From a virus, in IMG/VR virus record IMGVR_UViG_3300042310_000541, positions 1-64,000 of that record: a DNA stretch of 64,000 nucleotides. One strand, written 5' to 3'. A program made the position numbers and the translations under genes. Shown one piece after another: positions 51,601-58,300 of this stretch (position 1 is its first letter; every line of letters starts with the position of its first letter). Under the pieces are notes generated by a model. The model saw only the letters and a program-made list of their open reading frames with translations. It ran no database searches and was not told the origin of the DNA.

Positions 51601-54600
51601 AATACTAATCAAGTATTTGGTGCTAATTTAGATACACCAGTAGATTTTGTATTATTCTGGGCACAAGAAATTCCTGGTTCAATTAGACCAAAAGGTGGTA
51701 CAGGACAAGCTGTAGAAATGGCAAGAAGAAAAGGTATTCCTACTATTAATATGGCAGATGCTAATTGGAAAGAACAATTAAAAGCAGCTATTGCTAATAA
51801 GTCTTCTGCTCAACCTGCCACTAGTGTTAAACCTACAATAGATACATCAAGAGAGTGGAAAAGTGATTTAGAGTCAAGACCAGTTTACACTTCAGAAGGA
51901 GTTAATACTATGAGAACAAGTGATGCTAATGCTTTTGAAAATTTTGGCAATCCTTTTAGTGAAGCTGGATATGGAGGAACTATAAAAGTTGATAGTGTTA
52001 AAGAAGCAGTTTTAGCATATAAAGAATGGCTGTTAGGTAATAATTATCAAGATGTTAAACCACAGCAAAGAGAATGGATACTTAATCAAATAAATTCAGG
52101 TAAACTTGATGGAGCTACATTATTGTATGCAGGAAAATTAGAAGCAAGAGGACAGGGTATGCATCCTATAGCATTAGCTGAAGTTGTTGAACAATTAAGA
52201 ACTACTCAACCATCTACTAGTGTTGACCAAGAATTTAAAAAAGGAGTAGAAATATCTTCTAATTCTAAAGGATTAGCTGCAGCTCTTACTAATCCAACAG
52301 AATTAGCTAAATCTAAAGGTAATCTTGCACAATCTTATCCTGTTCAATTAGATTTATTAATAGGAGTTAATAAAAAAGGAATCAATTCAAAAACAGGTGT
52401 TGCAGAAGACTCTGAAGCTGCTTATCAAGCATTAAAAGATACAGCTACTAAAGATGAAGGGCCTAATAGTACTTACAATCTTATGGTAGATATTATAAAA
52501 GCTAAACTTGAACAACATCCTAGACTTGCAAGTGAAATAAAGAAACTAGGTGGTTCTGATTGGATATTATCCTCTACACATCAGCCAACTTCTAAAAATA
52601 GTGTTTGGGAGACAGGAGGTAAAAATTGGTTTATTAAAGCTCTTAATGATGCTTATTTATTAACTGGAAATAATTTTAAAACTAAAATTGATCAATTTAA
52701 TTATACTTATAATCCAAATACAGGAGAAGTAATACACAACTCTAAAACTGGAGATAAAGTAGAAGATAATGAAACTCAAATAAACAAAGTGTTAGCTCAA
52801 TATGCTGTAGAAAGTGGATATGATATTAAAACATTTAACAATGCTGAATATGTAAAAATAAATGATAAAGTTTTAAATGCAAAAAGCGGAAATTTAGTTA
52901 CTCAAAAACAAATATTAGATTTATTTAATAACGCTGAAGCAGTTAAAAATATTGACAATAATACTCAAGAAGTATCAGTTGATAATACTTTTACATTTGC
53001 TGATGGTGTATCAATAAATACCGGCAATATAAAATTAAATGAACAGCAAAAGCAAGCATTGCAATTAGCTGTAAATGCAATAAATAATAAACAAACTAAA
53101 TTTGTACTTAAGGGATATGCAGGAACAGGAAAAAGTACAATTGCTAAATTTATACAATTTTACATAGAAAAAAAACATAGGGGAGCAAAGCAAATTGCAT
53201 ATGCAGCTCCTATGCACAAAGCTTCTATCAATTTATTGATTCAATTAATAAGAGGTGGAAATTTAAAATCATTACCAAATACTGTTGCTAAATTTTTAAA
53301 TAAAAGAAAAATTGATGGTAAATTTGTTCCAGGTCCAAAAAACTTAATGCCTATTAATGGAGTTGCAATTATAGATGAATCATCCATGATTGATAATATA
53401 GACTATAATGACATAGTAAAACTTGCTAAAGATAAGAATTCAACTGTTATATTTATGGGTGATCCAGCTCAGTTGCCACCTGTAGCAAGTAATACATTAA
53501 GCCCTGCTCTAACATATACTCAAGACAATGAAGGTGTAGAATTAACTGAAGTTATGAGACAAAAAGAAACTAATCCTGTTTTAAATCTAGTTACAGCTAT
53601 AAGAAGCAATCTTTTAAAAATAACAGAAAGTTTTTCTTTTGATTCAAATGTAAATGATAAAAAAGAAGGAAATGAATTTATTAAAGATAGAACGCAATTT
53701 ATGGATAAAATAAATGAATTATTTTCTTCAGATGAATATAAAAAAGATCCTACATATGCAAAAATAGTAACTTATTCTAATAATTCTGTTTATAATTACA
53801 ATCAAACAATTTTTGCAAAAATGAATATAGATGAGCCATATGGTGTTGGTTCTGTTCTTATGGGATATGAACAATCAACTCCTGAGCCAGTTGTTCATAA
53901 TGGCCAAGACTATGAAGTAGTAGAAAATAAATACAAAGATGAAGACAATTCATATCTTCTTTCAGCAAATATTAATGGTTCTACTTATGAAATTAAAGGT
54001 AAAATTTCAGGCTGGAATGTAAAAATTAAAAGAATCTTTAATGAAGAAGATACTGCATTAATTAAAAGTAGTGGTTCTACAGCTTCATTATTAGATTCTC
54101 AAGAAATATTTATAATTAATCCATATGATGACAGCAATATAGATATAATGATGCAATTTTTAAAATTCAAAGAAGTGATTTCAGATAATAGTATTCCTTG
54201 GAGAAGCAGAGCTGATGCTAGTGAAAGATTAGATAGATTGTTTAGCAAATATCAATTTCCTGAAGATTTGCTAATGTTTGAAGGAAAACCTACAACTTTA
54301 TCTATGCTTAAAAACAAAAGACCTGATTTGTTTAAACTTCAAGAAAATGGTAAAACAAAATTTGAAGAATTAAATATTAAAGCTTTTTATAATAAAAACA
54401 TAGATTATGGATATGCTGTAACATCACACAAAGCTCAAGGTTCTACATACAAAAATGTATTTGTTGATTATCAAAATATGGATAATCCATTCAACAACAG
54501 GGTGATTAGCTACAATGGAGATGCATATGGAAATGAAAGAAATATGTTAAAATATGTTGCATTAAGTAGAACATCTGGAATGAATTACATATACACCAGT

Positions 54601-54840
54601 AAAGCTACAAATAATATTTCCAAATCTAAAGAAAATAACGTACCTTTGACTTCTGAAGATGACATTATTTTAGATACATTAGGTGAAAGCACTTATGATT
54701 CATCATTAAGGAAGTTAAGAGATGCATTTTCAATGTACAATGGATTTTTTAATTCAAATGGAATAACAAACATAGATCAATTAAATAAATTGAGTGAAAG
54801 TAAATTAGATGAATTATTAGTTAAATATTGCAAAATATAA
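39616..54840 (+). CDS. Giant virion RNA polymerase polyprotein (5074 aa) with zincin, SLOG-like, DUF4326-like, NADAR-like and SF1B helicase modules
   Basis: RIPGQ...GSDFDNDKL catalytic loop (49129-49143); HEAFH (45166); YAGIGSR..SGAAEGAD..GGTGQAV; FGNPF; SEAAYQ..KAKLEQHP; GYAGTGKST, IIDESSM, GDPAQLPPV, TSHKAQGSTY, YVALSR. Confidence 0.88.
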   Translation: MPENENEFIFSKDLKLSKTDPNLKVTPSGTSGVLSGAFGNTDFGESQFDSPDLPASSIMSGEYKDIRGDIQSKTDKWFNAVPRLISKVGTEVAKTPAYLYALGEAVATDKSLAESLNNSWLNALQNLDDKTKKEFAIYKPKSVVEGNLWDNISSASFWTDEGVDGVGFLLAMMAPAGALRLANLSGKMTKFGIGINTAKNLELGAGTLLNTTLESAAESKGLVDKIKPMLDEQWAEKVANGMDPELAEKLKNEMLNKAGFDSFMQNMILIAGPNFLMNKKMLGRFIPDKTSMSAIEDASGKFIAPIKLTKKQIAGNYGKSLLESSVSEGLIEEGGQFAIENYNEKVALGSNDVSLISEYIDGLSTTEGQKSVFLGAFLGSMSAVAGEYGKAAKDFKKNTNLYSMMKKNEDAYISSINELYDVNEKGEPQLNPKRTAEYLVAMHKNMTDAELKDDYARLGNEEGYAFIANKDFTRFAASYLMNGGNVDGLNKHIDELSAKLLENEKKSNPDKNDLDEVKFKSDLKQKAKQLEKAIKSIDSSVNVKVKSENKPLLAKFANDLFNTALNETSNQMFIKDRINDLNLRRLELTNALSADIPQNKIEADKIEKQIELYNKDFETSVKDYEKLFDKNEQEIAFAWYEKQDVKTDKDIEKTKKKVKKNDIKSFAERIRNGEDVYSDEDQAFFNENRKEIEKELNSNPANEVIETPFTEEDNEVDLENKRRKNADDLMHISSLREKAKKQKELEETLSNSTDLNGLSDRAQVKYSGMEGRIYKHENENLYIFVDNKTGKEYEIPQDEEFGYDGKLHDYGIFELGKENSIFDIITINDSGNFVINNKEYINNYSNPLNAINRDKNGNIISVTLSNKKGQPRTFKKFADEMAYAILLQTYDKLENESKRTREETKRKLTEPITEQDSQRKEQDNDGSNSEESRKIEEAIAKLQQGIEESRNELNNTEKDKEQAEFFEFAMQSETSEELLEYVELLKGSKYTDALNGLYKQLVESEREKKKEKLTEQDLISELFGNPEQEYPEDFEIPSADEVDDSEPIINQDKGKKAKTVTKTNQGFDGIIYRDINKDDHSLIGESQNTYILRNFRTKNTIEIAKSDLSQFERINKVQNQRVFRWINKNEVKGYRLRIVTKNNNIDLYREILQDNPDALLYETNNPNYTGIWTVITNDKNEIVRVDGKLLAMTLETVDRVLNDDLIVDKKKGTEDIAAIREAAINTTDPNAYFEVNSKSNGIAQFENKENGKRVRNSVIGRIINKFSDTFKLTLATQKGTYLNGIPLDLGKLYIEDKDGRVLDLLPRLINESEINLIINLLEQEITGNKEIDKPIDEIKKIISFKKTANPQYQLYISNGELFFGEDSLNKNNFEEKIEDLISFLESKRVNANNLYINKNIQVPTTNGKGKTISYAEYLLEGENPMFGTDLKDKSNIQFLNQYLRYNPTIKYAEEVVEDSDLPTEDDINSGVIIDSLGVSEIDNKKNEIELVAREINRLVGLRSNDKVVRQAIIDSNNKKITLEELDTITKNWNNANGLTNAFAKITRLRRELDVLEGKPIATTPVSTDTKADIERRNTFTRATQMKVLPKGTPIFGGKTADGKTEFLDDKLQFNNGDRITFFAEKERTGIYKDGKIVETGTNNPWGLVGILMDVKGYIKNQSNINTELAALENKGNIAIDSLLVDEPTNIIAPKLMTVQVDLLSLSIDELKNVATQIRQKAVDARQAEKEGKTIIGGSQAIESDYQAVKKYIADLVSLNNTGQDAEIVNQEKNTTPPKKNKPRRDELNRLRSRTADTTLVDKKEIEWFKYNFPTIPIDKVIGLIEQKSMGRFLSSARVLLSDQAVTGTLYHEAFHAVTQLYLTKEEVDRLYKEVAERTGITDRFEAEELLAEDFINYKKNGAVLKGAPQRNTLFRKILNAIKDFLGLKASDINEVYRRLDSGYYRNSKVVGLKEFSSLNKDSDKEFVTKEKGTKFLIDTLDGMDLMFFNATLHPDSANKNISNIIYNKFLDLYEAEENPELIDAYDFITDNFERVNSLWKERLSSLGFKFSEDRFDYTEDSEERGTETLDEKEEQVKEDLKGTKDQNFVNQKDLLTSSSKMLIKSLKRLNYKNDLGLEVPLDFGQTYNYLIKNIAGTGNNYLDIMDKLKSLVKDKPEIQQLIDMLGETGDSISNKQFNLQTAFTKDFNKTRTDSLITVISPNGAIRIIDATKMNDADMVKEIWNSNLVSLFPQNEAGNQVIPNVKEFIKVRDNIEFLGKIGIQFNEYALDYLNENQSELTDSVTAIKNYLIAQDGNVNSLFSSKSDLYKRIDNLINIEAKYAPYVNELSFISTEGKTVYSVGENNGLSRTINEINKSKNLTELRQRLPHLDTVTVRNSQYIKKLFDENGVKIPGAEVKLYLQDGIKSSSDADNQVRQSTRKSTIGDLMTQQFNSLLQKGISSFIVSADKSSEFGIGLSLKEGNLVIPIDFVENNFNSPKIKEIFRGYFEDELNRIALFILDEVGNNIDYYRKEAKNFTIFQDIIPSDTRKSIIKKLDELKNEGKSYKDAKANIEELLDNNFEAVNKKTVEFFENYEKELTKMSKKFKLINGDNFSGITDDVKSKHSNEALIRAIAINSYINNVEQTKLFTGDLAFYKAIYKRSAAFAGTKEIPRVDSAINSYLTKNFPRKDGKVQDGMENVVVFENVETQKLELDEYLDAYKKKGISNEAALKILGFTKADIEKINRKESIEKSKGKAYAKMDEGDAMGWCTIDFYREFMNRLSNWSDAQEFAYQKMQMQKFDDEGNLTEGELLTGKEIQLFQQLKLQYAGPQEMTGSLFAPAYHKFTVLPLLPELVKGKNISKTLKNMTDSAAGYGLFGSGSKVGTVTNANGELTPFYTGKNNGQINSEGYNIQRVYYNFLGLQQKPSKPHDTAVFSTQFRKTPWIGSFENGKELIEGAMQRFEDFSNLINQKTQDAKDELLIELGIRPGDTTYTSTNVENLVNLLQDEARQRNLPDNLIESIDFRIEEGKQILKTKFDAVVNKDKITSMLMSLIDARIIRQQFNGDAYVLSSVAGFEPIGERSKGPNEALRGYTIDPVTGKTLPAEVMIPMSKNYYPLFKMFGNNLDKLNEAIRNKDPKIDQRVLELIGCRIPGQEHNSNEYLTIKEFLPEASATTMIAHPEIVAKAGSDFDNDKLFTYRAKINPDGSYDTKSIDNGIVKVLKDQISHESNFTKLITPNSTSIVDEFVEHLKYINYKNRLTIKNRTAKEPAKIMDEDKYLETLNQEGVKYSDLLKITKQIEARYKLWLAKDEVGPVAIANAYGPIAQAGNLTANQFFFRETIQKGVKITERVPVNIRLKHNKTDDGKINLAAYLDAEKVNPITQVNGQQINIVVDAANEVEPSVAYLNMVMETLPVYLYLNRAGVEFQTVASFMTQNIMTEYLTLKGISNSALSKVLGLDADSNAITQARKKYVDYLLNNIAELKGKEENLPAFLAEHQKDELSKSDLMDYLEVENQEGIEYAITQLQVLDDYTEYREHARMLNEAVRTTNHDSAGTGQNLISVEEKKLLEIKVAKAGFINGLERVKDTFLGAFNQDELALKAYSPFFYTKSDSVVKNNTIYLLQEVKNNNFIFSKDDSVKTGNLIENDFINFIVQNYGYENPSQRMDELFRGENSIAKRVLELKNRAKSLNKPKDELTSRELEEKEIVDNILISQLYPMLRTEKKSVDNIKLFNKKIDTYTSNQLTEAFRQLMSLDPELTKDIIDLGILQSGLNNSPITFLGIIPNSYYSEVVNKGFDKFSEMNNKDEIIKQFNQLFLRNNAKDRFISKVAYVKGLNKEELGDGMFGKNFLMKNYIPSMKDNVETNVESTEKSNVQDPKTPEFNKLPGKSLTPSMTYAGIGSRQTPQEALDLMTQIAKYLDDLGYTLRSGAAEGADTAFENGATKKEIFKGFDKTGQREINVANEIHPDLQGAMNASKSKKIKSRLAEGATQEEAEKSGEKSAWAVQNLMARNTNQVFGANLDTPVDFVLFWAQEIPGSIRPKGGTGQAVEMARRKGIPTINMADANWKEQLKAAIANKSSAQPATSVKPTIDTSREWKSDLESRPVYTSEGVNTMRTSDANAFENFGNPFSEAGYGGTIKVDSVKEAVLAYKEWLLGNNYQDVKPQQREWILNQINSGKLDGATLLYAGKLEARGQGMHPIALAEVVEQLRTTQPSTSVDQEFKKGVEISSNSKGLAAALTNPTELAKSKGNLAQSYPVQLDLLIGVNKKGINSKTGVAEDSEAAYQALKDTATKDEGPNSTYNLMVDIIKAKLEQHPRLASEIKKLGGSDWILSSTHQPTSKNSVWETGGKNWFIKALNDAYLLTGNNFKTKIDQFNYTYNPNTGEVIHNSKTGDKVEDNETQINKVLAQYAVESGYDIKTFNNAEYVKINDKVLNAKSGNLVTQKQILDLFNNAEAVKNIDNNTQEVSVDNTFTFADGVSINTGNIKLNEQQKQALQLAVNAINNKQTKFVLKGYAGTGKSTIAKFIQFYIEKKHRGAKQIAYAAPMHKASINLLIQLIRGGNLKSLPNTVAKFLNKRKIDGKFVPGPKNLMPINGVAIIDESSMIDNIDYNDIVKLAKDKNSTVIFMGDPAQLPPVASNTLSPALTYTQDNEGVELTEVMRQKETNPVLNLVTAIRSNLLKITESFSFDSNVNDKKEGNEFIKDRTQFMDKINELFSSDEYKKDPTYAKIVTYSNNSVYNYNQTIFAKMNIDEPYGVGSVLMGYEQSTPEPVVHNGQDYEVVENKYKDEDNSYLLSANINGSTYEIKGKISGWNVKIKRIFNEEDTALIKSSGSTASLLDSQEIFIINPYDDSNIDIMMQFLKFKEVISDNSIPWRSRADASERLDRLFSKYQFPEDLLMFEGKPTTLSMLKNKRPDLFKLQENGKTKFEELNIKAFYNKNIDYGYAVTSHKAQGSTYKNVFVDYQNMDNPFNNRVISYNGDAYGNERNMLKYVALSRTSGMNYIYTSKATNNISKSKENNVPLTSEDDIILDTLGESTYDSSLRKLRDAFSMYNGFFNSNGITNIDQLNKLSESKLDELLVKYCKI

Positions 54841-54848
54841 TAATCAAA

Positions 54849-55346
54849 ATGGACAAAAAAAAATTATTAAATGACAAAGTTGTAAAAGCTTTAAATTATA
54901 GAATACAACAAGAAGAGCAATCTTCAAGAATTTATGAACAAATGTCTTTATGGCTTAACAATAAAGGTATTTTAAATTGTTCAGAATTATATAAAAGGTA
55001 TGCTGATGAAGAATTAAAGCATTCTCAAATTGCTAAAAACTATTTATTAGATTATGGATATACTCCAGTTTTAGCTGCATTGCAATCTCCTGCAATGGAT
55101 TTAAAAACTTTAACTGATGTATTTGAAACAACTTTAGAGCATGAATTATTGATAACTAAACAATGTGAAGAATTAGCATCTGAAGCATTGAAAGAAAGTA
55201 ATCATGTTCTTTATAGTTTAGCATTAAAATACTGCTCAGAACAACAAGAAGAAATAGGCAAGGCTATTACATTAATTGATATTAACAAACTAAGCAATGA
55301 TGTACTTGTTGTAGATCATTACATTGGTGATAAACTATTAGGATAA
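54849..55346 (+). CDS. Ferritin (non-heme, FtnA-like)
   Basis: ALNYRIQQE..SS..Y, EELKH, LEHE..IT, SEQQEE ferroxidase pattern; ATG at 54849 preferred. Confidence 0.8.
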   Translation: MDKKKLLNDKVVKALNYRIQQEEQSSRIYEQMSLWLNNKGILNCSELYKRYADEELKHSQIAKNYLLDYGYTPVLAALQSPAMDLKTLTDVFETTLEHELLITKQCEELASEALKESNHVLYSLALKYCSEQQEEIGKAITLIDINKLSNDVLVVDHYIGDKLLG

Positions 55347-55347
55347 T

Positions 55348-58300
55348 ATGATTAGCTGTCCTTTAAAATCATTGCAGCAGTGGAAAGATCTTGTTAATAT
55401 TTATGGAGAAAATAAAGCTACAGGATTGTGGGTTAAATATGAAGGTTATCCTCCTGATTATCTTTATTCTCCAAAGCAAATTGAACCTATTCCTTTAAAT
55501 GAAGAGTCTGAAGCTATATATAAACAATACAATCTTATAAACAAAAATGGAGGAATAAAGAACTTTTTGTCAATGAAAACTGCTAATAAATTTGCAGCTT
55601 CATTAAATCAAAGTCCTAATTATTCTTTTTATGTAAGAAATACTCCCGGTGGAATAAAGATATTATTGTATCCTAAAAAAGTTGTTGAAGAAAAAAAAGT
55701 TGAGGAGCCTATTAATAGAAATGGAATTCAAGGTACTTTATTTAGTAAGTCAAATGTTGAAAAATCAAATTCTGCTGTATCTCAAATTTTAAATAGATTA
55801 AAAAAAGAACTTCCTATTGAAATAGCAAATGCTGTTACAGTATTAAGAAACGTACCAAAAAGTATATTAGGTAAAAATAATTTATTTTTATCTATAAAGA
55901 ATTTTTTAGAAGACAATGGAATAAAAGATGAAATATTAATCAATTGGGTAGGTGTAAACAAAGATTCATTAGGACATCCTAAAAATTTAAAATCAGAACA
56001 GCAAATATTAGATATAATTCAAGAAAGATTAACTAAAAAGCAAAAAGAATCTAATTACAATGAATTTAAAACAAATCCATTAGCTTTGGAGAGTTTTAAA
56101 AATTGGAATAAAGCTTTGGAAAAATATCCATTACCATTTCAAGAAGCAATGCTAACGCATGCATTAAAATGGCTAAATAATCCAGTTAGAAGATCTAAAT
56201 ATGTATTGCAATTAAGCGATGTAGCCTTGCAACAAACCTATGGAATATTAGCAAATAAGCCACATGAGTTAAACAGAATAGGTAAATTATATGACCAAGA
56301 AGTATTAAAAACTGTTTCTGATGCAGTAGGACATGAGCCTTCAGCAAGTGGTAAAGGGTATTGGGTACATATTCCAAGAACTGAGTTAAACACTGTAAGT
56401 CAAGACATTGAGAATGCAAAAAAAGAAATTCAAAAATTAGAGTCTACAACAGCCTTAGATAAATTTAAAAAACGATATACTGATAAAAAAGAAAGCATAG
56501 CTAATACTAAGCATAATATTGAAAAATGGAGTAAACAAGAGGATGCTAAAGATGATGTAATAGCTTCGCAACAAAGATTAAAAATATTAGAAAGTGAATT
56601 AGAAGATATTCTTTTTAACAAGGAAAGTATTGAAAAAAACTATCAAAAAGAATTAGATGATGTTTTATTGTTAAGAAAAAAAGAATTAAAAGAATTAGAG
56701 AGTTTAAAAGATAATGATAATAGTTCTCAATTCAAAGCAAATGTAGAACTACTTAGAAAACTATCTCCTTCTACTTGGTGCACAGCATCAGGTATGGCTT
56801 CTCATTATGTAGAAAATTATGACAATTATTTATTAATTGTTGATGGAGTTACAGTTGCAGGTATTGAAGCTACTAATCAAACTACTTCAGAATATGAAAC
56901 ATTTGACAGGTTTGAATTAAATGGAAATAATTATACAAAAATAGATACATATAGAAAAAATGGTGAAAAAATAACTAAAGAAGACTATAATTTAGCAATA
57001 GAAACAAAGAAAAAAGAAGGTAAAATACAAGTAAAAGAAGTAACCTCAAGAGGTAATAATGGAATAGCATCTATTGACCATTATGATGATATATTAGCTT
57101 TCTTTGAAAAACATAATTTAGATACTAATAATGAGTCTTTAAATAGGGCTAAAAAAGCTAAAGAGAAAGGTAAGGAAGATAAAGACATCTACGAACAGGA
57201 ACCAGAAGATCAGATGTATTACCCTGCATGGGACGAGGGAGATGATAGAGATGATCCAGGTTTAGAATACAGAAGAGAAAGAGAAGAATGGGACAGGGAG
57301 ATGCAAGAAGATTTAAACTGGAGAAATTCAGAAGTTGAAAAATTAAATACTGTAGAAGAAGTTTTACAAAATCCTGATTATTTAGAATTTTTTGAAAATT
57401 TAAAATATGAATTAAAAAATAACGAAGAAATTGCAAGAGAAGGAATAAAATATAACAGTTATTATATAACTTATTTAGATTCAAATTTACCATTTTATAA
57501 TGAGCTTGTTAAAATAGCTCTAGAAGACAATCCAGATGTTTTTCAGTATTTACCACAAGAAGTAAAAGAATTGCCAGATTTAAGAGAAATTTATAATGAA
57601 TATCTTTTAGATAAACATGATGATTTAAATGATCCTTTAGATGACGGTTTGCCTTTTTCAAAAACTGAAAATTCTATACAAGGTTATTATGATCCAAAAA
57701 CAGATAAAGTTGTAATTATAGCTGAAAATACTCCTTTAGAAGAAGCATCTAAAGTTGCAATACATGAAGTAGCTCATAGAGGTATGCTTAGAATGGCTAA
57801 AGAATTAGGTGGAGAAAAAGAATTATTTAATGCTTTAAAATCTGCTGAAAAACAATTAATGGAAAAACTACCTGAGCTTTTAAAAAGAACAGGGCATACT
57901 TCATTAGATAATTTAATGCTTGATTATGGCTTTGACAAAAACTCAGAAGAAGGAAAGTTTAAATTATTGCAAGAACTTGCTGCAAGATGGGCTGAAACAT
58001 TAATAGATAAACCTAAGCCTAGTTGGTGGAAAGATTTATTGCAAAAAATAGGTGATTGGATAAAACAATTTACCGGTAAAGTATTAACAGAAAAAGAAGT
58101 AGATGAATTAATTGGTGGATTTGTTAAATATGGCACTCAAAATTTAAATGACAAAAATTTAAAAAGCAATGCAGAAGCTCAATATAGTAAAAAAAATGAA
58201 GAGCAGGATCCTGTTAAGAAAAAAGAACCTGCTAAAAAAATAGGTAAAATTGAGCAATATTTTCAAACAAGAATTGCTAAGCTTACTAAAGATTACTCAT

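Noticed and set aside
39616-54840. Stop-codon reassignment (TAG=Gln or TGA=Trp), known in some crAss-like phages
   Set aside because: A 15-kb ORF and all structural genes are uninterrupted in the standard code; the two TAG stops (17158, 22178) fall at normal gene ends
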